Below, in pieces: positions 7,532 through 14,428 of a stretch of DNA of 32,781 nt. The stretch comes from a virus (taxonomy: Duplodnaviria > Caudoviricetes). The position numbers and the translations under genes are program-made. The stretch is taken from the IMG/VR virus record IMGVR_UViG_3300033407_000522, positions 1-32,781 of that record; one strand, given 5' to 3'. Under the pieces are notes generated by a model. It saw only the letters and a list, made by a program, of their open reading frames with translations, was not told the DNA's origin and made no database searches. How positions within the stretch are numbered: the first letter of the stretch is position 1; every line of letters begins with the position of its first letter.

Positions 7532-8109
7532 TGTCGTATCTCCATGCTACCATGCCCGTTAGGGCGGAAAAGGTGTGGGATTCCTAGCTGCTACCCTTGC
7601 AGCATCGGATTCAGGGCGTCCCACCGCTACCCCGTAGCAGTAGATTCACTAACAGTAATCCCCAAGCGCCTTTACAGACCCTTGAGCCTTACTGTCGAGC
7701 GCCATTTCCAAGTTACGCTCGCTGCCGCTTCAAGGCGGCTCTCCCAGCCCACTGGTAACCTAGGGCGTGTATTGCCGGGTCTATGTCCTCGCGCCCAACC
7801 AGCACTTGCCGGCCACTCACACCAGAGTGTCATCGGGTCCCGTCTCGGCCAGTGTGCTGGCCACGGCTCGCCCGATCGGTGCGCGATTCTGCATCTGTGG
7901 GGGGAGCCGCTGCGGACCGATCTGGGGGATCGGGAGCGGCTCGACCCTTCCGCCATCCAACAACCGGCGCCGAACGGCCCGCCAAATGCAGCATGGAACA
8001 CGCACGAGGGGGGGGGTCGGTTCTGCACCTGCGCGCGGGCGCCAGGAGTCCCTTAAGTTGCCTGCTCGCAGTGGAGGGAGGGACATCTGGACGGAGGTGC
8101 GGCGGTCCT

Positions 8110-8125
8110 GGTTCCACGTGGAACA
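8110..8125. promoter_or_regulatory. parS: parS-type palindrome
   Basis: GGTTCCACGTGGAACA: perfect 14-bp palindrome, 15/16 match to the chromosomal parS consensus TGTTNCACGTGNAACA. Confidence 0.75.
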
Positions 8126-8215
8126 GGGAGTGATGGGCGGAGGGAGGGGAGCTGGGGAGCTGGTGCAGGGAGGGAGGGGTGCGGAGCTGGTGCAGGGAGG
8201 GGAGCGGAGGTGGGG
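8126..8215 (+). repeat. G-tract region with a 19-bp direct repeat
   Basis: GGAGCTGGTGCAGGGAGGG at 8156-8174 and 8183-8201; five G3+ tracts in 8126-8157. Confidence 0.8.
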
Positions 8216-8337
8216 AGCGGAGTTCGCCGTCCCGGGGGTCAGGTTGATGATAATGAGCGTGTCAAGTCTGAAAGGGAGGGGAGAAATGGAAAATCGTAGG
8301 TGCGACAACAAACCGCAGGTGAGGGAGAGAAAGGTGG

Positions 8338-8505
8338 TGGAAGTCGGACAGGAGGGGGCTGGAACTCGGACAGGTGTGGCGGATTGTCGCAGGGGTGGTT
8401 CAGGAACGGAGGCTGAGAGGGGGTCAGGATGGTACGGTATGGGTGTGGTGATTTGTCGCAGGCAGGAATGGAAGGCGGACAGGTTATTTGTGGAACTCGG
8501 ACAGG
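8338..8505 (+). repeat. Four iteron-like repeats TGGAANNCGGACAGG
   Basis: Starts at 8338, 8360, 8469 and 8491: two pairs, each spaced 22 bp. Confidence 0.85.
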
Positions 8506-8560
8506 TGGGGCTGGTAGGTTGTGGGCAGCTGGCGCGGCGGTTGGAGAGAGGGCTGGCTGA

Positions 8561-8842
8561 ATGACCGACCAGGACGACCGGCGGCTGACGCGGATTGAGG
8601 GGAAATTGGACACGCTGGGGGAGCTGCTGATCAAGACGACAGCGAGCTTGGACAGTCACATGGTGATGGAGGACGAGCGTTTTCGTCCGCTCGTGAGGAG
8701 CCTGGAGCACATCAGCCGAATCGGCACGGACATCGCCCTGCTGAAAGCGGCGGAGGAGCGGCAGACGTGGTGGAACCGGAGCATGGTGCTGGCGATCCTG
8801 GGGATCGTGGCGACGTGGATCGCAAGCAAGCTGAAGGGGTAG
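8561..8842 (+). CDS. Coiled-coil protein with C-terminal TM helix (XhlA/holin-associated type)
   Basis: RLTRIEGKLD... and C-terminal MVLAILGIVATWIA; SD GAGAGAGG. Confidence 0.65.
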   Translation: MTDQDDRRLTRIEGKLDTLGELLIKTTASLDSHMVMEDERFRPLVRSLEHISRIGTDIALLKAAEERQTWWNRSMVLAILGIVATWIASKLKG

Positions 8843-8867
8843 GGGGCGCGCCGTCGGAGTGGGACGA

Positions 8868-9083
8868 TCAGGCGTCTGAGCAGCGCGTATCCATCCAGTA
8901 GCCGCAGCGCTTGCAGATCCAGCGGATCCATTCCTCATCGAGTCCGAGGTCGGGCGGGTTCAGTGGACCGGGCGGCGGGCCGCCGTAGGATGGGAAGACC
9001 GCCTTCGTCAAGAGCTGGCGACGGAGGTCCGTCGAGTCGCACTTCGGACACTGCTCGTTCTGGGGGAAGTTCGGGAGCGTCAT
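8868..9083 (-). CDS. Zinc-ribbon protein
   Basis: CPKC...CKRC; ATGA overlap. Confidence 0.7.
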   Translation of the reverse strand: MTLPNFPQNEQCPKCDSTDLRRQLLTKAVFPSYGGPPPGPLNPPDLGLDEEWIRWICKRCGYWMDTRCSDA

Positions 9084-9370
9084 GGGGTTCCTTTCGGGTT
9101 GTCGATGGCGGTCATCTCCTTCATCACGCGTATGAGCATAGCGTCGATCTCGTGGATCTTCTTGGCGGCGAAGTGCAATTCCGCATCCTTGCGCTCCTCG
9201 AGCTGGCTGATGTACATCCGGAACTCTCCGTAGGTTCCCTCACCGGACCCGTCCATGCAGCTATGCCGGCAGAGGAAGCGAATGCCGGACTGCTGGTCTC
9301 GCTCGAGGTGGGTGGGGTAGGGGTGATCCAGCGGAAAGTAGCACAGGGGGCAGAGTTCCTTGTCGTCCAT
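9080..9370 (-). CDS. Hypothetical Cys-containing protein
   Basis: CPLC...CRHSC; SD GGAGGAG. Confidence 0.7.
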   Translation of the reverse strand: MDDKELCPLCYFPLDHPYPTHLERDQQSGIRFLCRHSCMDGSGEGTYGEFRMYISQLEERKDAELHFAAKKIHEIDAMLIRVMKEMTAIDNPKGTP

Positions 9371-9465
9371 CACTCCTCCTCGACCGGCTCATCCGGCTCC
9401 ACCCACGGGACCTCGCGGAGCGTCGCCCCGCAGTAGCAGCAGAACTTGAAGCTGTCGTCGCTCAT
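9370..9465 (-). CDS. Very small Cys-rich protein (31 aa)
   Basis: MSDDSFKFCCYCGATLREVPWVEPDEPVEEE; SD GGAGG; coupled on both sides. Confidence 0.55.
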   Translation of the reverse strand: MSDDSFKFCCYCGATLREVPWVEPDEPVEEE

Positions 9466-10181
9466 GTTGCCTCCCTCACCGAGCACGCGCTCTTCGGTTT
9501 CCAGACGGCAGCGACGTGCCGCGCCAACGTGAATGGAATGATCGCGATCATGGCCGAGGCGGCCTTGCGCTTGGATGACTTCGACGAACTCGTCCTCGAT
9601 ATGCTCGAGCTTTCGTGAAACCAAGTGCCGCCTTGATTGATCGCTGAATCCCGGAAGCACCCGGAGCCGTTTTCCTTGTAGTCCGGCCGGCCGTACTTGC
9701 TCCAGTCGAGTCCGCCGACCTTGGCGCGCTTTGTGGGTTGCGGCATCAGCGCCGGAACGTCTCCCCACAGGTAATAGCTCCCGTAGTGCCACCGGGCACG
9801 ACCGACCCACTTCTGAGCGCCGCATACGTTCTCGACGACCATCGGGATCTTGCGGCCCGCCGCCCCGCACGCCTCACGCTGGATGCGGAAGCACGCCTCG
9901 AACAGCGAGTTGTCGGGAGGCGGTAGCGCCTTGGCGCGCTTCCACGGCATCGCGCGATAGCTGTACGCCTGGCAGGGCGGGCTTGCGACGATCAGCGCGG
10001 CGTCCTTGAACTGCGCACCGTGGAGCGTGAGCACGTCCTGGAGCACGAGCTGCGCAGGATACTCGTGGTCACCGTACTGGTGCCGTTCGACGTCGAAGCC
10101 GACTACCCGGTAACCTTCTGCGAGGCCACCTTGAGCCCACCCGCCCAGGCCACAGAAGAGGTCTATCATCAGAGGTTTCAC
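9462..10181 (-). CDS. Short DNA cytosine-C5 methyltransferase-like protein
   Basis: Motif I DLFCGLGG, motif IV ASPPCQ, motif VI VENV; SD GGAGG before GTG. Confidence 0.8.
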   Translation of the reverse strand: MKPLMIDLFCGLGGWAQGGLAEGYRVVGFDVERHQYGDHEYPAQLVLQDVLTLHGAQFKDAALIVASPPCQAYSYRAMPWKRAKALPPPDNSLFEACFRIQREACGAAGRKIPMVVENVCGAQKWVGRARWHYGSYYLWGDVPALMPQPTKRAKVGGLDWSKYGRPDYKENGSGCFRDSAINQGGTWFHESSSISRTSSSKSSKRKAASAMIAIIPFTLARHVAAVWKPKSACSVREAT

Positions 10182-10188
10182 GCCTCCC

Positions 10189-11340
10189 TCACGGATTCAT
10201 CCATGTCGATCCGAGCATCAGCCGCCCGCTGATCTCATTCCCGCCACCATCGTGGTACGCCTTGACCGGAAAACGATCTGACGCCATCGACCCATTGTTC
10301 CTCCCGATCGGGTTGAGATCGACCGCAACCGGGTTGCGCCCAGCGGTGTAGGTGCTGCCTTTCGAATAGAGCCGCTCGACGGCGGAGATCTTGACGAGCG
10401 AGCGGTCGCCCTTGTCTGCTGGCATGAGGAACTCGCTGCCAACAACGAGGACGTCCCCGTTCGGCGTGCCGGGCTTGTTGGGGTTGCCCTCCTCGTACTC
10501 GGGCCAGATCACGATCGCCCCGGTGCCCCCGTGAGTCGGGTCGTCAAAACTTACTTTCGTCCGCTCGATGAGCGTGCGGCCCTGCTGCCCGCTAATCGTG
10601 ATGGCCGATCCGCCATCGCCAAGGCAGACGTTCTTGATCTCTGTGTCGAGGAGATGGAGCCTCCCGGTAGACGGCCGCCCGTTGTTCTCGTTGATGCGGG
10701 CGGTGCACTGGACGGCGGTTCGGCCGCAATTCTGAATCAGCGCGCCATGGATCGACACGCCGAGCGAGCCGGAGTTGTGAAGGTAGAAGGCGTGCTCCCA
10801 GCAGATGTTCTCGACGCCGCCGCCGCGCCACAGAAACCCCGATGCGCGGTTGCCGAGGACTCCCCACTTGCTTTGGTAGCCCGTGCGGGCCTGGTGGTCC
10901 CAGCCGCCGTTGATCCAGCAGTTCAGGAAGGTGTGGTTCTCGAAGTCCTCGTCCTGGCCGACGTGTTGGTGAGCGTTCATTAGATACATGATCGCGCTTC
11001 GGTAGCCTGCCTCGATCTGGATCCCCTCGAAGACGATGTCCCTGTGAGTGTCCGGGTACGTGAAGCCGAGCGTATCTCCTCCGCCGGTGCGGTGGATGGT
11101 GACGACGCCGTCCTTGCTGGCTTCGGCCGTGAGCGGGTGGGCGCTGCCGTTGATGCCGCGGAGCAGCGCGGGCCGCATGTTGCGGGTGATCCCTGGAGGC
11201 GGGTAGCGACCGGGCGTCAGGAATGCCTGGCATCCGACGTCGCCCTCTTCGAAGAGCCACTTGATGGGGTTCGGACCCTCGTAGACGACAGAGGTGTCGT
11301 GCTTCACGTCGTTCGGGGTTGCGATGTACTTGGTTGTCAT
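10189..11340 (-). CDS. Right-handed parallel beta-helix (pectin-lyase-like) protein
   Basis: Repeating beta-helix rungs (IVFEGIQIE, TFLNCWIN, WEHAFYLHN, IQNCGRTAVQ); ATG 11340 is TGATG-coupled. Confidence 0.65.
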   Translation of the reverse strand: MTTKYIATPNDVKHDTSVVYEGPNPIKWLFEEGDVGCQAFLTPGRYPPPGITRNMRPALLRGINGSAHPLTAEASKDGVVTIHRTGGGDTLGFTYPDTHRDIVFEGIQIEAGYRSAIMYLMNAHQHVGQDEDFENHTFLNCWINGGWDHQARTGYQSKWGVLGNRASGFLWRGGGVENICWEHAFYLHNSGSLGVSIHGALIQNCGRTAVQCTARINENNGRPSTGRLHLLDTEIKNVCLGDGGSAITISGQQGRTLIERTKVSFDDPTHGGTGAIVIWPEYEEGNPNKPGTPNGDVLVVGSEFLMPADKGDRSLVKISAVERLYSKGSTYTAGRNPVAVDLNPIGRNNGSMASDRFPVKAYHDGGGNEISGRLMLGSTWMNP

Positions 11341-11561
11341 CAGCGGGTCTCCTCGGTGATCTGGTGCGGGAGCTTGAACGTGGTGTATGCGGTGTGGACG
11401 GTGTAGGCGTAGGCGGTGTATGCGGCGGAGGCTGCGGAGGCGCAGGCGGCTTGTGCGGACTCGTGCCACAGGATCCAGTCCATGGAGCCATCGCACGCCC
11501 CGAGGGCGTCAATGCGGGACTTCAGCGCCAGCATCCGCTTGTTGGTCGTGCTAGTCGGCAT
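11340..11561 (-). CDS. Hypothetical protein with LGAC motif and Ala/Tyr-rich tract
   Basis: SD AGGAG; tiles the operon. Confidence 0.65.
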   Translation of the reverse strand: MPTSTTNKRMLALKSRIDALGACDGSMDWILWHESAQAACASAASAAYTAYAYTVHTAYTTFKLPHQITEETR

Positions 11562-11570
11562 TCGGGGCTC

Positions 11571-11870
11571 CTACAGGAGTTTCTTGTTCGGCGGGATCGG
11601 AAGGATCACCTCACGGCCCCGCAGGTCGCGAGGGGTGGCTATGACGATGATGAGCTGCGGCGGCAAACCATTGTGAGGGATGAGCGGTATTGCCTCATAC
11701 TGCCAAGCGCTCATGACTCCGTGGCCGATGATCATCTGGTTAGCCTTGGGTCCCAGCAGTCCTTCGATCATGGTGTTGGTGCGGATCAACATCTCTTGCG
11801 GATCGAGTCCGTGTGACTTGCACCAGTCCGTTGCGAGTCCCAGCACATGCATGGGAAGTCTATCGGTCAT
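11571..11870 (-). CDS. Hypothetical protein
   Basis: SD AAGGAG; ATGA overlap. Confidence 0.7.
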   Translation of the reverse strand: MTDRLPMHVLGLATDWCKSHGLDPQEMLIRTNTMIEGLLGPKANQMIIGHGVMSAWQYEAIPLIPHNGLPPQLIIVIATPRDLRGREVILPIPPNKKLL

Positions 11871-12076
11871 TCGGGGGCTCCTTTCGCAGGCTTGTTCCTC
11901 ATGTCGGACTCCAGCACGTCCAGCAGCCGCGGCCAGAGCGTGAGTTCCACCTGCGCGATCTCGTGGTCCGCCGCTGCCGTGATGTCATGCCGCATGCGCA
12001 TGCGCAGGCGTAACCCGATGACTTCCTCGTGCAGCGCGGTGTAGAGGGCCTCAGTCCTGCGCTTGCTGAGCTTCAT
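11867..12076 (-). CDS. Hypothetical protein
   Basis: SD GGGGGAG; ATGA overlap. Confidence 0.7.
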   Translation of the reverse strand: MKLSKRRTEALYTALHEEVIGLRLRMRMRHDITAAADHEIAQVELTLWPRLLDVLESDMRNKPAKGAPE

Positions 12077-12276
12077 CGCTCCCCCTTCGGCGGGTCAACA
12101 AATGGAAGCCCCAACGCCTCAGAGCAACACCGCTGAGGCTCATCACTCTGGAAAAAACCGTTGATGATACGATGGCACTTGGGACACTCCATGTCCCCAG
12201 GCATGGGACGATTGCGGCGCTCAGCATCGCGTCCCTGAAGAGCATCGCTTAGGTTGTCAATGTCAGTTTGATTCAT
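12073..12276 (-). CDS. Small Cys-containing protein
   Basis: MNQTDID...CPKC...CC; ATGA overlaps at both ends. Confidence 0.6.
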   Translation of the reverse strand: MNQTDIDNLSDALQGRDAERRNRPMPGDMECPKCHRIINGFFQSDEPQRCCSEALGLPFVDPPKGER

Positions 12277-12497
12277 TTCGGCGGGTCCGGCTTGATCTGC
12301 GGCCCCTCGTGTATCTGCATCCAGTGCTGGAGCGGAATGAGAAGCCCACCCGGCGAGCTGCTCGGGACGGGCACGACGATGACCCCCGGGCGGTCCGCCG
12401 GCGACGTGCCGCGGATGAGGAAAATCACCAAGAAGATGCACGCCAGCTCGGCGGCGGCGCGCAGGAGCAGGCGGTTCTCGGATCGGGTCTCGGTCAT
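12273..12497 (-). CDS. Small membrane protein
   Basis: Hydrophobic LACIFLVIFLI; start lies in the junction repeat. Confidence 0.6.
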   Translation of the reverse strand: MTETRSENRLLLRAAAELACIFLVIFLIRGTSPADRPGVIVVPVPSSSPGGLLIPLQHWMQIHEGPQIKPDPPK

Positions 12498-12655
12498 GGC
12501 TTGGGCTCCTTTGGAGTGTCGCGGTCCAGCAATTGAAGGAGCAGCCCCCTCCACGCCTCTTTCTCAGCTAGTTGGTCAGCCTTTATGATGGCCTTTGCTA
12601 TCCCATCCAACACACCCTGTCGGTCGAGGGCGGCAATGTCTTCAGCGGTGGTCAT
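12494..12655 (-). CDS. Hypothetical protein, partial paralog of 12652-12969
   Basis: Shared MTTAED start, ADQLAE..AW..LL.QL core and EPKP end. Confidence 0.6.
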   Translation of the reverse strand: MTTAEDIAALDRQGVLDGIAKAIIKADQLAEKEAWRGLLLQLLDRDTPKEPKP

Positions 12656-12969
12656 GGCTTGGGCTCCAGTAATGCGCGGATGCGCTTTGCGATCTTCCGA
12701 GCCGCCCCTGCGGAGATCACGCGTTGCAGTACATGTGGCATGTTGTGGCCCTTTAGCTGATCGAGCAGATCGCTCCACGCCGCTTCTTCGGCCAGTTGGT
12801 CAGCCTCGACGGCAGCTTCCTCCAGCGTGCGCTTGCGAAGTTTGCGGAGGCGGCCGAGGGCGGTGTAGCCATTGAAAACAGTTATCTGTCCAGGCCGTTT
12901 CGGAGCAGACCACGTGTATGCTAGATCCAACGCCGCCCTGATCGCCTCGAGGTCTTCAGCGGTGGTCAT
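12652..12969 (-). CDS. Hypothetical protein
   Basis: SD GGAG; ATGA overlaps. Confidence 0.7.
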   Translation of the reverse strand: MTTAEDLEAIRAALDLAYTWSAPKRPGQITVFNGYTALGRLRKLRKRTLEEAAVEADQLAEEAAWSDLLDQLKGHNMPHVLQRVISAGAARKIAKRIRALLEPKP

Positions 12970-13229
12970 GCCTTGGGCTCCTTCAACCGCTTCTTCAGCT
13001 TTGTGATGACTCCGCGCAAAGCGGCATTGCTGCGCACCAAGCGATCAGCCCTTTCAAAATTCCAGTTGCTCTGCCTGGCGTAGAGGTCGCGTTCGTGGAT
13101 CAGGTCGGCGTAGCTGCCGGACATCGTTTCAACGGCATCGGCAATCCGTTGGAGCGACCCGGCGTTGATGTGCTCAATCGAGCCGCTGCCGTTCCATGAA
13201 GACTTCGAGCTTTCGCGCAGAGTGGTCAT
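12966..13229 (-). CDS. Hypothetical coiled-coil phage protein
   Basis: GSLQRIADA...ALRGVITKLKK; SD GGAGGAGGG. Confidence 0.75.
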   Translation of the reverse strand: MTTLRESSKSSWNGSGSIEHINAGSLQRIADAVETMSGSYADLIHERDLYARQSNWNFERADRLVRSNAALRGVITKLKKRLKEPKA

Positions 13230-13537
13230 GCCTCGCCCTCCTCCACCAATCCGCGCAGGCGCGTCTTCAGCTCTCCGAGCGGCCCCATCGCTCCGACCAT
13301 GTCCGCCGCAGCATCCATCCACGCAACAGCCGCGCGGAGATCCTCAGCGGGCACCGCCACCTCGCCGGGCGCGAGAGCGCGATACCCGTCATGAAATATC
13401 TCGAGCACCGCCACCTTCGATTTCCGCAGCCGCTCCAGCTCGCCGAGGAGGGTGACAATCATGTCGATCTCCTCGGTCTCGTGTACATAGAACAGGCGGT
13501 GCTTGAGTGCCTTCCGCGCCGCGTCGATGTCGGTCAC
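13226..13537 (-). CDS. Hypothetical protein
   Basis: GTG start, SD GGAGGGAG, overlaps with neighbours. Confidence 0.7.
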   Translation of the reverse strand: MTDIDAARKALKHRLFYVHETEEIDMIVTLLGELERLRKSKVAVLEIFHDGYRALAPGEVAVPAEDLRAAVAWMDAAADMVGAMGPLGELKTRLRGLVEEGEA

Positions 13538-13734
13538 TTGAACTCCCTCCGTTTCCTTTTCTGCCCGATCCTCCGAAGCGTCAGAAGTGCGGCAATCCGA
13601 ATCGCCGCAGCACCCGACCTCGGAATCACCTCAGCCTCATCCGAGGCCATCTCTCTGAGCAGCCTCTCCCACTGCTTTTCAGCCTCGATCACCAGCGTCT
13701 TCGGGAACCGGACCATCGTCTGTGGTGTTTTCAT
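13534..13734 (-). CDS. Possible ribbon-helix-helix regulator
   Basis: N-terminal QTMVRFP strand followed by two helices; first gene after an 80-bp divergent gap. Confidence 0.45.
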   Translation of the reverse strand: MKTPQTMVRFPKTLVIEAEKQWERLLREMASDEAEVIPRSGAAAIRIAALLTLRRIGQKRKRREFK

Positions 13735-13814
13735 GCCACTACTCTACAGCATACCGCTGAGCAACGCCAGACGAAAATCTCGATTTCACGATCCGCCGCG
13801 GTAGGATCTCCGGC

Positions 13815-14141
13815 ATGAAAGACTACTGCACGCTCGCGCCCGACTTCGACATCGGCTGGGCCTGACGTCTTCACGACGAAGGGTATCTGCTCGACGTCTC
13901 CGGATGGTCCATCTGGCTGAAGGTATGGGAAGACATCAAGCTGGGCTGGAGGATCGCAACCAGCCCGGCGCCCATCGTGTTGCCACCCATTACCAGGCTG
14001 GTCAACCGGCTTGAGCACATCCTCATCGGGATCATCTACTTCTACGGGGTGAGCGTCTTCGGCTGGCCGTTCTGGTGGAACTGCCGACCATACCTCAGCT
14101 CGAGGTCCAGGAAGCGACGACTCAGGAAATCGAGAACATGA
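13815..14141 (+). CDS. Phospholipase-A2-like protein with in-frame TGA at codon 17 (possible Sec, readthrough or pseudogene); not in the ORF track
   Basis: MKDYCTLAPDFDIGWA*RLHDEGY...KVWEDIKL...YFYGVSVFGWPFW...; the final TGA overlaps the next ATG (ATGA). Confidence 0.7.
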
Positions 14142-14428
14142 AGACCTTGGTGCTGCTCTTCACGCTGGTCGGGTGCGTGTCGCCCGGGACGGAGATCGAG
14201 ATTGAACGCGATCCCACTACCGGAGCAATCGCGGCGCACCTCGAGCGCGGCTGGCTCGCCGGGCCCGTGGACATCACCGCGGACTACACGGCGCCGGATG
14301 GAACGAAGATCAGCTTCCGCTGGCTGGCGGACGTGAATCTCGACGCTGCCGCGCGCGCTCGAACGCGTGATCAGGAGATTCTTCAGAAGGCTCTGGAGCT
14401 GGCCGCGACCCTCGGGGCTCGGCCATGA
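14138..14428 (+). CDS. Small lipoprotein
   Basis: MKTLVLLFTLVGC: signal peptide II with lipobox LVG|C. Confidence 0.7.
   Translation: MKTLVLLFTLVGCVSPGTEIEIERDPTTGAIAAHLERGWLAGPVDITADYTAPDGTKISFRWLADVNLDAAARARTRDQEILQKALELAATLGARP

Larger units (their letters stand above)
6081..7551 (-). promoter_or_regulatory. Four start-associated leader motifs (G)GTAGCA(G)TGGAGA, each preceded by a small hairpin
   Basis: Copies at 6081-6094, 6780-6792, 7163-7176 and 7539-7551, each ending 7 nt before an ATG. Confidence 0.85.
7560..8560. promoter_or_regulatory. About 1-kb non-coding control region (candidate pac, terminus or origin)
   Basis: No credible ORF; G-run near 8010; strongly G-rich plus strand to its right; several repeats; genes diverge from it. 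Confidence 0.65.
12492..12981 (-). repeat. Gene-junction repeat GGAGCCCAAG(C/G)CATGACC(ACCGCTGAAGAC)
   Basis: 12492-12509, 12638-12667 and 12952-12981; the last two match at 29 of 30 nt. Confidence 0.9.

Noticed and set aside
5846-8938. Long ORFs 5846-8056 (+), 7767-8564 (+) and 7817-8938 (-)
   Set aside because: Shadow frames of real genes or products of skewed G/C-rich DNA; low-complexity R/P/S/G translations without SD.
11380-11460. Ala/Tyr repeat as a DGR variable region
   Set aside because: No reverse transcriptase and no template repeat differing at adenines in the window.
13731-14018. Minus-strand 95-aa ORF
   Set aside because: Antisense to the PLA2-like frame, which has family motifs and translational coupling; no SD or motif of its own.
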